Below, one piece after another: positions 27,617 through 39,309 of a stretch of DNA of 64,000 bases. Source of the DNA: Eledone cirrhosa (Eukaryota); assembly GCA_964016885.1 (NCBI GenBank), contig OZ024740.1, positions 311,798,001 through 311,862,000 on the forward strand. Reading direction: 5' to 3'. Each line of letters starts with the position of its first letter. Position 1 is the first letter of the stretch. Both the position numbers and the translations under genes were made by a program. The notes below the pieces were generated by a model, which saw only the letters and a list, made by a program, of their open reading frames with translations, did no database searches and was not told the origin of the DNA.

Positions 27617-30600
27617 ATGACCTCACTCAGAATAGGCAGCATAAATGCGCGTGGCTTGGGGTCGTCATGGAAGCAGGGCCACCTGCTCAACGACCTCAGG
27701 TCACTAAACATAGATGTAGTGGCCATCAGCGAGACCAGAATCTCCGAAGCACGGGCCTTCGCACCGATCTTCGGCGGCTACGATGTGTATGCATCTCCCA
27801 GCTGTCCGGGATCGGGGGAGGAGTTGCTGTGCTTTTTCGGTAGGTTTGGATCTCGCCATACGGGCCATCTTCCTGGACCCAGAAGGTAAGTTGGTGGTGC
27901 TAGACGTGACCAGCGGAGACGGGCAAGCTCTCAGGCTAGTGGCCGTCTATACCCCGACAGGAGCAGGGCGGCCTGATTTCTTCCGGCGTCTGGAGACCTT
28001 TCTTGGAACGTCCCGCTCTTTAGTGTTAGTGGGCGACTGGAACGGGATCTTAGATGCACGCTGGGACTGTGTGGGATTAGCGGATGGGGGAGGAGGGTGC
28101 AAGAGCCTCATCAACCTGCTCAGGCGTTTTGAACTGTCTGACAGGTACCGATTGGATTTCCCGAATGTGCCAATGTGGACTTGGACAAATCGCGTCGGGT
28201 CATCCAGATCATATCTAGATAGAGTAGTTTGTAGAGAAATAGATAGGTCTAGCATAGGCTGTCCACAATTCAAGATAGTCAGCTACACGGACCACAAATT
28301 CGTGATCTGTGTGCTTGACTTAGATAGGCTTCATAGACGAGGACCTGGCTACTGGAAGCTAAACGCGTCCTTACCAGCGCGCAAGGCCTACAGAGACCGG
28401 ATTAGCGAACTAGTTAAGTAGGCGTTGACGGGGGCCATCTTCAACAACAAGTGGTGGTTTGCTCTGAAAAGAGCAATTAGAATAGAGTCCATTAGGTTTA
28501 GTAAGGCTTTAGCAATAGAGAAAAATAGAGCAGAGGGAGAATTAGTTAGAAAATTAGACGAGGCACTTAGCAAAGGCATCGCGACCGACGTACTTGCGGC
28601 GAAATTGGCCCTTGACCAATTCTTCAATGCAAAGCACGAAGGCTGCGTTGTCAGAGCTAGGGTGCGTGCTCTCAGACACAAGGGGACGAAAGCCGTTCAA
28701 TGGGCCCGAGTGGCGGAGGCGCGTCGTGGCAACAAAGCCACGATCCGGTCTTTGGTGGACCACGACGGGCGCATGCTACTCGATCCCGGGAAAATGTGTG
28801 AAGCTTTTCAGCGACACTTCGCTCAGCTGTTTGGGGGCAGCGGGGGGCCGGGTCGAGGGATGGACACTAGTGTCTACCACGACGGACTGCCGCGGCTCTC
28901 GGCCACTGAGGCGGAGTGTTGCGAAAAGCCGATAACAGCGGCTGAAGTAAGGGAGGCAATGACTAGCTGCACAAGGGGTAAATCGCCTGGTTTGGATGGT
29001 CTGCCCTATGAACTTTACGTACAGATGCCAGACTTGTTCGGAGGCCTCTTGGCGGACGTCTACTGCAACTGGCAACAGAATGGGAGAATTCCCAGCTATG
29101 TGAGCCGAGGAGCTGTGGCGCTGCTGAGAAAGGATCCGAGCAAGGGGGATAACATAGATAATTTTAGGCCCATAACTCTGCTAAACACAGAGTTCAAGAT
29201 TTTGGCCAAGGTGCTAGCAAAGAGGTTGGCGCTTGTCGTTGGTGGTCTGGTGGGAGAGGCGCAGACATGCGCCATTCCCGACAGATCCATCCACGACAAC
29301 CTCCACCTCATGCGATACATCGTAGAGAGGGTAGCTAGGGAACCTGGCACGGGTGGGTCCTTGATCAATTTAGATCAGTCGAAAGCTTTCGATAGGGTCG
29401 ACCATCGTTACCTAGCGGCAATTCTGGGGGCTGCTGGCTTTGGGCCCGTCTTCAGAGGCTGGATCGCTGCCATGTACAGCGACATCTGCTCTGTGGTGAG
29501 AGTGAACGGTCACCTTTCGGAACCGTTCAACATCATGCGCTCGGTCCGCCAAGGATGTCCCCTCTCGTCCATCTTGTACGTATTGACTCTCGAGCCATTA
29601 CTACACAAACTGGAAACGTTGAGGGGTGTCCCGCGCGAACTAGGATGCGGAAGATCCGTGTCAGCATATGCGGACGATGTCACCGTAGTGGTGTCGAACG
29701 CCAAACACATCGAGGCGATCGGCACTACACTAAGAGAATACGAAGCGGTGACAGGAGCAATGATCAACCAGGAAAAGTCAGTGGGCCTGCAGCTCGGCAC
29801 CTGGAGTGGGAGGTCCATGCCGTCCAACAGCGTCGTCGGACGCTGGACGGACGGACCAGTTAAATTGCTCGGGGTCTGGTTCGGTCCGGATCTCCAGACG
29901 GACAAAAACTGGGACGAGGTGACGAGCAGGGTGGCTTCTCTCACCCAGAAATGGGCCGAGAGGAAGCTATCTCTGAAAGCTCGAGCGGAGGTGGCTAACG
30001 CGTATATCACGTCCGTCATCTACTACCGCCTGACCGTCGTACATTGTCCTAAGCCCCGCCTGACTGCGCTGGAGCGTTTGCTCTTTCGCTTTTTGTGGAA
30101 GGGACGCGCTCCGATAGTCAGGCGGTCCATCTGCTGTCAACACCCGCTACGTGGAGGGCTGGGAATGCCGTGGCTGATGATGCGCAGACACGCGCCAGGC
30201 TACGATATCTCCACCTCTTCCTCGACGGTGATCAGGTGTGGTCGCCGTTTGCTAGACGCGTCTTTCCCCAGCTCGTCTCCTTGACGGAGCTGCAGTCCTG
30301 GGTCAAGCGAAGACCGAGAGGGAGCGCTTGGAGACTGGAATGTCTTCAGGCGCTCACAGCCCTCGACCAATCGGGCAATGTGATCGGTGGAAACTCCACC
30401 TTGGCGTTCTATAGAGGATTAGTGGAGGGGAAGAGCGACGACGTACTTGGGGAAACTCTAGGCGTCGACGAAAATCAACTAGCCAATCTCTTCGGAAGAA
30501 CTTTCGGGCCGGGGCCTATGGACAACTTCCAGAAATCCCTGGCCTGGCAGTGTTACCGAGGAGCTTTGCCAGTTCGGGATAAACTCTACAGGCATGGAGG

Positions 30601-31030
30601 TGCCGTCAACCGGGCATGTCCGAGATGCGCGCAGGGCGACGAAACCGTCCTGCACGCACTCGTCCAGTGTCCGAAAATTGCTGACTTGTGGGTTTATGTC
30701 GAACACCTGCTGTCGCGTGTAGGACGGATCCGGCTATCAGCTGAGTCCATCGTGAGGATTGCTCCGCCCTCTTCCTTTATCGGGGAAGGGCAGGCAGTTT
30801 TTATCTGTCTGGTGGCCATGGCGAAACAGATAGTATGGTGGACACGTTTGAAAGGGCTGAAGACGAACACTTACCTCTTCGGTGATGCCCTGATTAACTT
30901 TTTCAAATTTCATTTGAAAGGAAAATCAGGGTAGAAAGGGAAGTGCTCTCTTCCCAGCATTTTGTTGAAAGATGGGTGAGAGAGGCAACAATGGCCCGAG
31001 TGAATGGGCCTACTCTGAGTATGTGTCTGC
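27617..31030 (+). pseudogene. Tx1 ORF2: APE endonuclease, reverse transcriptase, C-terminal zinc finger
   Basis: SINARGL, VAISET, LVGDWN, YLDRV, TDH, GYWKLN, KSPGLDGLP, FRPITLLNTEFKILAK, DQSKAFDRVDH, VRQGCPLS, AYADD, CPRC..ETVLHALVQC. There is a stop at ~28419 and about 3 frameshifts. Confidence 0.93.
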
Positions 31031-31315
31031 AAATTAAAGGTGGAAAACTGGGAGAGGGCACTTGCCCTGGTGGTCAGTGTCACCGTGGCTTTTTAATGGG
31101 CTTTCTCCACGAATGTCCCTCGGAAGTCTCCCCCCTATTGGGGAATTTTTTCATTGTTCTATTATTACATCCTCTGTTTCTTGTTTTTTACACGCAGAAA
31201 TGCCCATTTGTACCGCCCTGTATTTTCCTGTACTGTCCTTAATGTCTACTTTATGTAGACCCATGTGGTTAATAAAGAAAGCATTATTATTATTATTTGT
31301 AGCATAGAATTATGA

Positions 31316-31766
31316 ACGTTTACGTTCTGAGTTCAATCAAATCCCGCTGAGGTTAACTTTGCCTGTCATCCATATGAGGTCGATAAAATAAAGTACCAGT
31401 CACGCACTGGGGTCGATTTAATCGACCCCTCCCTCCAATTGCTGGCCTTGTGCATATATAAGAAACTATTATTATTAGACAATGTGAATGACTTTGCCTT
31501 TCATCCTTACGGGGCCGATAAAATAAAGTACCAGTAATACACTGATATAATTGCTGGCCTTGTTCCTAAAGTAGAAACAATTATTAGACAATGTGAATTG
31601 CAGCAAAAAGTGGCGGTCCTTTGTGGTCTGAGTTCAAATCCCGCCGAGGTTAACTTTGCCTTTCATCCTTATGGGGTCGATAAAATAAAGTACCAGTAAT
31701 ACACTGGGATAATTGCTGGCCTTGTACCAAAAGTAGAAACAATTATTATTATTATTATTATTATTA
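31316..31766 (+). mobile_element. Three tandem partial family A SINEs
   Basis: GCCT(T/G)TCATCC..GATAAAATAAAGTACCAGT core occurs three times. Confidence 0.88.
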
Positions 31767-32400
31767 TAGTCACACTGTATCACAAAGTCCCACAGTATAT
31801 TTGCATCATCGTTTTAGATAACGCCCTCGGGATTATGTTCGTATCACTTTTCTGCTCTGTCAAGTGCATATTTGCCATAAAGTGCCCAATGGACTATCCT
31901 TGCTATGTTGTGACGTTTCTTATATTCTTTCTGAGCTAGTGGTATGTATTGATTGGTAATATGCCATATAGTTTCTCCATTCATGCCACAAATTCTACAC
32001 TTATTACTTTCTGCTGTATGGTCTATTCTATGCTTGATGTAGTTAGTTCTTAGTGCTTGTTCTTGAGCAGCACACATTAAGGCTTCTGTTTCCGGTTTTA
32101 GATCACTTTTAGCCATCCATAACCACTTTTTTTCTGTCTGTCCTATCTTCAACATCTCTATGGAATTGTCCATACATTCTTTTTGCTGTCCATCTACTTT
32201 CAGTTTCATCCATCTTCGAATGCTTGTACTGCGTTTTTTCTTTACAATCTTTAATTTTGCACAGCCCTGACCTTCTTACTTCCAGCAACAGCTGTTCTGT
32301 GGATTTTTTATGTACCACGCCATGTTATTTTCTTCTGTTCTAATGCTGTCTTCACACCCCATCAGTCATCTTTCTCCTATTTTTCTTGGTACTCTAATCT
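31767..32400 (-). mobile_element. R4/Dong-like (RLE) LINE fragment
   Basis: MYGQF, LKPETEALMCAAQEQALRTNY, KCRICG...ETIWHI, EYKKRH, ILWDF. Confidence 0.82.
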
Positions 32401-32439
32401 GCCTTTGATATTGCTGAAGAATTGAATAATATTCCATCT

Positions 32440-32880
32440 ACGGAGTAGTTTGATGTATCAAATGCCTTAACTAAGTCTATGGATACCTAAAAAGGTGTGT
32501 GCGTTTCTCAAGACATTTCACTTGGACTTGGTGAGCTGTGAAAATCATATCAACCGTCCTCCTCCCAGAACGAAACCGACACTGGGATTCCGGTGTAATA
32601 CATGGGCCTATGTACTTAATTAACCCATTCAGAAGAATCCTAGTCAGAGTGGCCTAACAACGGAATACCCCCGAAATTGTCACAAATATCTTTTTGGGTT
32701 TTACTTTTGTTTAGTGAGACCATAATTGCATCTTTCCAATCCCAAATCGAAACAAATATATCATCTGATTGGTTCTATCTCCACAACACATCAGCACTTC
32801 CGTAGGTATGCCATCTGCACCGATAGTTTCCCTTTAACTGTTCAGCACTTCCGTAGGTATGCCATCTGCATCGGTAGCTT
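32440..32880 (-). mobile_element. Degenerate RTE/BovB-like RT fragment
   Basis: Minus translation gives GADGIPTEV, ESQCRFRSGRRTVDMIFTAHQVQ, IDLVKAFD. A small tandem duplication lies at ~32790-32885. Confidence 0.7.
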
Positions 32881-33216
32881 CCCTTTATTTATGTAAGTAA
32901 GCATGTGGTTTCTAATGAAGGTCAAAAGATATGTACTTTGTGTAACATTCAATATAAATGACTTGCTGATTTAAAAAGCCACAATAAACCTCGTCATTGT
33001 GCTAATGGCACATACTTATCGTATAGGTAAGAAAATCGAGTAGAAAATCATGTATGTATGTACGTATGTATGTATGTATGTATGGATGTATGTATGGATG
33101 TATGTACGTATGTACATATATATGTATGTACGTACGTATGTATTTTTTATGTATGTATGTATGTATGTATGTATGTATGTATGTATGTATGTATGTATGT
33201 ATGTATGTCATCCGGG

Positions 33217-33454
33217 AGAGATGACCCCTTAGCCTTTGTCAAGGCAGAATTCTAGGAGAAGGAAAACTCTGATATAACACCTGCAACTCTGATGGTATCC
33301 AATGATGTTGACTTGTTCTTCTCTTTGGTAAATATCATCTTGGTTAAGAGAGTGGGACTGGCTTTATGCAGTGCCTTTGCTCACTATAAAAGCTTCACGG
33401 CACAGGCATTGCTTTATATCTGGAGATCTCTCTGCACTTGTCATCACATGGTAC
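33217..33454 (+). repeat. Dispersed repeat shared with 53240-53476 (RTE 5'-UTR-like non-autonomous element)
   Basis: Near-identical ~240 bp including GGAGAAGGAAAACTCTGA; both copies end at CACATGGTAC. Confidence 0.75.
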
Positions 33455-33649
33455 CATGGGTCCAGCACTATGTGTCAATAATTGTCACAAGTGTAGTGTT
33501 TGTACCAGAGTTTTCAAGTCGCTGGCTGGACTAAAAAGTCACACTCGTTCAGCGCATCGGTAGGGGTTCTCCTACATGGATATAAAGTAGTGGCCGTACT
33601 CGAACACGAGTTGGCAGCCACCATGTATGTATGTATCTGTATGTACGTA

Positions 33650-34640
33650 TGTAAGTATGTTCTGGTTTTATAATTTTATAAACTTTTACCAATACAGAGA
33701 GTCGGTTTCTAACATAGACACAAGACTCTCTCAACTAGGTAGATATATATGTCTGCATGCATGCGCGCGCGTGTGCGCAGGTATGGATGTTATTGTATGT
33801 GCGGACATGGATGTTTTGAGTTATATGTATGCATGTGCATATGTTTTGTATCTGTACATGTATATATGCAGTTATTACATGCAGACTTTTTGGAATGTTT
33901 TACATATTTCTACTGTTCCACTAATGGATTGTACTTGTAATTTCCTAAATAGTCGTGTTCTTTCTGTTTCTGTGAATCCCAGCTTCTCAAGATTTGTACT
34001 GAGGCAGTTACTAACATATTCCAGTGCCCCAATAGGTATAAATCTGAAGGCATAGTCAGGGTGGAGTATCTGCAGATTCCTCATTAGTTCTGCATAGATA
34101 TTCTCCTTTTCATAACTATTCTCCTGCATAGATATTCTGCTTTAATATTATATTGGCATCTGCAAGGCAACTAACTTCTATTCCCTGTCCCATATCATTA
34201 TATCTGGTCTGTTATGATTGCATCTTATTGGAGCTCTGACTGGAACATTCCACCAGTACTCTTTCATGTTATGTATGTGTATGTCTTCCACATTGCCGGA
34301 GGTTTTATTATCGGAGCTATCTTTTCTACGGATTGTATTGTAAAGTGTTTTGGACACTATATCATGCCTCATAGGTAGATAGTATCGTGATGGCATCTTC
34401 GATGTTAATTCTGCTGAGTGTGAATTTGTTGTCACATCTAAGTGGTTTGCCTGCATCCCTATCTCTTTTGTGAATCAGATATTTTGTATTGATTTCCTGT
34501 TCTTGGATTGCAAAAGCATATCCTTCAAAGTGAGAGCCAATATAGCGGTTGTTGGCTATATAGTCAAGATAAACTACTTTGCTTATCTATATTACTCTTA
34601 CTCTGGAGCTTCCTGGTAACATATCCATTGTTTTTTGTGA
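33650..34640 (-). mobile_element. R4/Dong-like LINE 3' portion with RLE endonuclease
   Basis: FEGYAFAIQEQEINTKYL, YLPMRHDIV, YWWN..IRCNHNRPDIMIWD, KENIYAEL, FIPIGAL. The 3' end runs into a (TACA)n-like repeat. Confidence 0.82.
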
Positions 34641-34841
34641 TGAACGGCAGAATGAATGGGTTTTATTAAATCTAATACCTTGGAGTTGATATCAATTTAT
34701 CAATATATTGATAATATCTTAGCTTATTTTTCACTTTGAAACGATCGTAAAAAATGGATTAATTAACCTTGTTTTATTTATTTTCGTTGTTCATCCTCAT
34801 TCACCCCCATACACACACATACACTTGCACACACACACACG

Positions 34842-34975
<134 letters not shown>

Positions 34976-35891
34976 CGTGTGTGTGTATGATAAAGTAGAA
35001 GTCAATAAGATTCATCATCACCGCTGTCGCTGTGGATGCCACTATGAACTCCTTGTAAATTAACATTTGTCTGAGACAACAAAATGAACAAACATTGCTT
35101 TTTTTCTCTTGCTCTTTTAACTTAATCTTCTGTAGAAAATATCAAATATTTCATTTTGATGTATAAGTTCTTTGGTTTCTATTTCTTTGATTAGTCCCAA
35201 CACTATTACTTTTCGCATTATTAACCTCATCTTTGAGACGAACTATTTTCCAATGTTTACAACCACGTCAGCTTTTGATCTGTTTGATTTTCAATGATAT
35301 CAAAACTGATCGAAAAATAAAGTAGATGAAAATATTGAAAACATTTTCATCTTCAAGATGAGATTAATATCTGAAAAATCTTATTATCAATAGTTCCTCA
35401 TAGACATTAATACTTTTTATTTTATTGCTGTTCTAGCAAACACCAAAAACCAAGAGGTAAATTATGGGCAAGAATTTACTGCTAAGACGTTTGAATCCAC
35501 AATACTTAATGTATTCTTCTGTGGTTCACTGATCAAGAATGACAAGAACCTCATAAAATTCCGGTTTCAATTATTGTCCCCTTAAACTGGAGTGTTCAAT
35601 GCCTTGTCAAACTACACCAGTATGCTACTTGGAATTACGTTGTCAGCACTAAAGTAAGGAATTGCCGAAAGGGCCTTGATGTAATTTGAATCCCAAATAG
35701 TAAACTTCCAAAGCAGATACTGTATTGTGTCCATCAACTTTGGGCGTCGACTATCACAACCATCACAAACCTCATATAGTGGCTTTTCTCTGTCAAAAGG
35801 GTTAACTGTTAAAGGTGAGGAGTATAAATAATTAGAGGAGTATAAATGACGTATTTCACTAGTACTTCACAGACATACACCACAATAAGTG

Positions 35892-36130
35892 CAGTGATGG
35901 CGTCATGGTTAAGAAGTTCGCATCGTAGTCACTTTGTTTCGGGCTTGATCCCACTCTGTACCATATTTTACCATAAAGTCGCGTCAACCTAAGCATTGTG
36001 GGTAAAATTGTGTGAGCATATCAAATAGACTTGTATTTCAAAGGTCCATCTTGTCACATGTTGTATCACGCTGACTGTACCTGAAAATTGTGTTATAAGT
36101 AAAAGTGCATGTGAAATACTCAGCCAGTCC
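35892..36130 (+). mobile_element. Old tRNA-derived SINE (third family)
   Basis: TGGCGTCATGGTTAAG A-box-like and GGCTTGATCCC B-box-like motifs. Confidence 0.45.
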
Positions 36131-36669
36131 CGTCATAGCTCTGGTTGATCCAAACCTTGCGAAGAGTGGAAATGGATAGAAGAAGAGCTGAGCTGAAGCT
36201 CTCCGGCAGGAGTGCACTTCTTATTGTGTGGTAGGCTTGATCCGTCGCTTTACCACCTAGCTCTCGAATGACCATAACAAAATCCATTTTGTTTCAAGAA
36301 TTTGAACCAGGTCTTCAGTTAAAGGATAATATCTATGAATCACAGTTTCTCTCCCACCTCCACAAATCAGATAGTTCCGACGAAAGTAGGTCATGAGCGA
36401 TGCGCCCCACCTTCCAACTAAGTCTTTACCCACTTTAAAAAAAAAATCGAAAACATAACAATGAAAAGCAAAGTTTATTTCGATTTCGCTTCAACACGAG
36501 ACCGAGGCAGACAGAAGATGAACTTTCATGTATAATTAATTTGGTACTTCGTTCTACTGTGTTGTCACGGCTCTACTGTACTACAAGCAATGTATTGTAC
36601 TCTGCTTCCATTACTGTACTGTATTTTTATTGCAGTACTGTAGTACTACTGTTGTAATGTAGTACCACC

Positions 36670-38135
36670 AGTCTATATCGATATTGTCGGACTTTTGCCT
36701 CCTACACAATATATATGTTTACCTGTATTGATGTTTTCAAGGCGGCTTGAAGTTATTCCTTTGAAGAATATTACAACTGAAAATATAGCTAAAGTATTAA
36801 CTTTTGGTTGGATTCTTTGTTTGGAACTCTATCTACTATAATGGATATTGGTTGACAGTTCGAATCTAACCTTTTCGCGGAACTTCTCGCATGCTTGGTA
36901 CTCTATGAATTCATGCAGCATATCTAACGGTATACTCGAACAATTTCGGGGTCAACTAAAAACAGCATTTAAATCTATTCAATGTCAGCCCGCTAATACT
37001 GCCAATACTATTATTAATAATAATTTTTATTAATAATTGCTTCTACTTTTGGCACAAGGCGAGCAATTATCCCAGTGTATTACTGGTGTTTTATTTTATT
37101 GACCCCGTAAGGATAAAAGGTAAAGTTAACCTCGGCGGGATTTAAACTCAGAACGTAAAGGGCCATAACTCTTTGCTACAAAGTATGTTGTCTGATGCAC
37201 TACCGGTACTGCCAATCCGGGACAGATTATTAATAATTGTTTCTACTTTTGGCACAAGGCCAGCAATTACCCCAGTGCATTACTGGTACTTTATTTTATC
37301 GACCCCGTATGAATGAAAGGCAAAGTTAACCTCGGCGGGATTTGAACTCAGACCGTAAAGGACCGTAACTCTATGCATGGTGTCTGACGCTCTACCGATA
37401 CTGCTAATCCACCGCCCTGATTATTAATAATGGTTTCTTATATAGGCACAAGGCCAACAATTTTGGGGGTCGGGGGAACTCAATTAAATCGACCCCAGTG
37501 CGTGACTAGTACTTTATTTTATCGACCCCGTAAAGATGAAAGGCAAAGTTAACCTCGGCGGGATTTGAACTCAGAACATAAAGGGCCGTAACTTATGCTG
37601 TAAAGCATGGTGTCTGACGCTCTACCGATACTGCCAATCCAAGACAGATTATTAATAATTCATTCTACTTTTGGCACAAGGCCAGCAATTATCCCATTGC
37701 ATTACTGGTACTTTATTTTATCGACCCCGTAAAGATGAAAGGCAAAGTTAACCTCGGCGGGATTTGAACTCAGAATTGCAAGGGCCGTAACTCTATGCTG
37801 CAAAGCATGTTGTTCGAAGCTCTACCGATACTGCCAATCCACCAATGACCATTCACCAGTAGAGTACCTAACAAATTATGTGCATAAACTACGGAAGTAC
37901 ATGTCAAACCTAATTAATTTCGCTCTCTGTCATCAGACAGTCCACAGTAATTTACCTGCAGACTATCTTAACTGATCTTTTGGATCTATCCGACATAACT
38001 GTGTTCAGAAACTTCTACAAACATCATACACAGGACTTTTTCTTGTCATAAAAGTCTAACCAAAACATTTCTTAATTGTTGTTAACGGGCAAAAGCAATT
38101 AAAAGTGTTTATTGACTGGAAAAAGCTTATGTTGA
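36670..38135 (+). mobile_element. Gypsy integrase remnant split by a SINE array
   Basis: IDIVGLLP..YMFTCIDVFSRRLEVIPLKNITTENIAK and SNGILEQFRGQLKTAF. A pol-like tail resumes at ~37845. Confidence 0.65.
37030..37843 (-). mobile_element. Head-to-tail array of four family A SINEs
   Basis: Units at ~37033-37218, 37231-37417, 37425-37640 and 37654-37843. Confidence 0.92.
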
Positions 38136-38333
38136 AAATACGTCTTCGGATCCATTAGAAAGATAATGATATAATTAAGCTTTCTGCTCAAAACTTGCAA
38201 AGATTAACATTGAGTGGCAGTAAAGTTCAATGGCCAACAAAATATTCTGAGGTATTCTACATTTCAACTGTATCTTATAGACATTCTTTTGATAAAACAG
38301 AGACTTTGATTTTGCTAAACTCGAAATATCTCT

Positions 38334-38828
38334 TTCGGCCTCCACCCGCTTTCCTGTCGCCACAGTGTCGGCCGCCTTCCACGCCATGCTGCCCTCAACG
38401 AGGTCATAAATCATGGCTTGGGCGCTGCAGGCTTCCCTTCCCAGCTCGAGCCGGTGGGGCTGGACCGAGGGGACGGCAAAAGGCCAGATGGCATGACCAT
38501 CTTCCCGTTCCGCCGTGGCAAACCCCTCGTCTGGGATGCCACTTGCACCGACACTTTCTGCAGCCGCAACCTGGTGCAGTCTGCGACTAACCCAGGTTCT
38601 GCTGCACGTCGGGCTGAGGAGGCCAAACTCCTTCCGACAGGTTTTCGGTTGTACCTCTGGCAGTGGAGACTTCTGGTGTCCTTGGCCCTAGGGCTACCTC
38701 CCTACTCACCACCACAGGCGCTGAGCTGGCCAGCCGCAGGTGTGAGCCCCGCGAGTTGGAGTGGCTTTTCCAGCGCGTCTCCCTTGCTGTCCTCCGGGGA
38801 AACGCTTTCTCCATCCTGTCCGCCGGGG
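38334..38828 (+). mobile_element. CRE-clade LINE 3' fragment (RLE endonuclease)
   Basis: LSCRHSVGRLPRHAALNEVI, EPVGLDRGDGKRPDGMT..PFRRGKPLVWDATCTDT, ETSGVLGP, LFQRVSLAVLRGNAFSIL. Confidence 0.88.
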
Positions 38829-39309
38829 CTGTGTGTGTGTGGGGGGGGGGGATATCGCGTATCATTCCATATTTAAGTATAGTCAATAAAGAATATGTGC
38901 CAATAGCCGGCTGTGGATTTCAGGTACTTTTGCATGTCGTTTGAGCCCTCCCATTATTATATCATGTCTTTCAGTTTGTATAGGTATATATTATTTGTGT
39001 CTTCACCACACCAGTCTGATTTATAGCTCAACGTATATTGAGTCCACTTGGGCGGCTGTCAGACATTCAATTACGAACATATTCAAATATCTCATAAGTA
39101 TTCTCGTTCAAATCTGAGAGATTCACCATTCTATTTGAATTGTAAATTTTCTCTTATACTGTGGTTTTGCTTTAGCTCCCATTTTTTCTTTCATTCCTTG
39201 TTATATTAGATAACTTCATGTTCATGCTTCTTTATGCATATTATGCTTACTGGCTATTTTACTTTCGAATGTTTTGTAATAACTACATTGTCATTGCTGT
39301 ACTGTGATT

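Larger units (their letters stand above)
25403..31296 (+). mobile_element. Near full-length Tx1-clade non-LTR retrotransposon
   Basis: ORF1 with CCHC knuckle, ORF2 APE-RT-zinc finger, 3' UTR with AATAAA and (ATT)n tail; (ATT)n also lies immediately upstream. Confidence 0.92.

Noticed and set aside
34623-34759. Possible HHR: ATCCATT..GTGATGA...GAAACGATCGTA^AAAAATGGAT
   Set aside because: The 3' half looks genuine, but the 5' half lacks C3, overlaps R4-like coding sequence and has no clear stem II. At best it is a truncated half-ribozyme.
35433-35820. Candidate upstream GPCR exon (acceptor ~35437, donor ~35815)
   Set aside because: All frames hit stops and there is no receptor motif. It could be non-coding, but this is unsupported.
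37030-37843. CRISPR-like or satellite array
   Set aside because: Units are ~200-bp dispersed SINEs in a eukaryotic context, with no spacers or cas genes.
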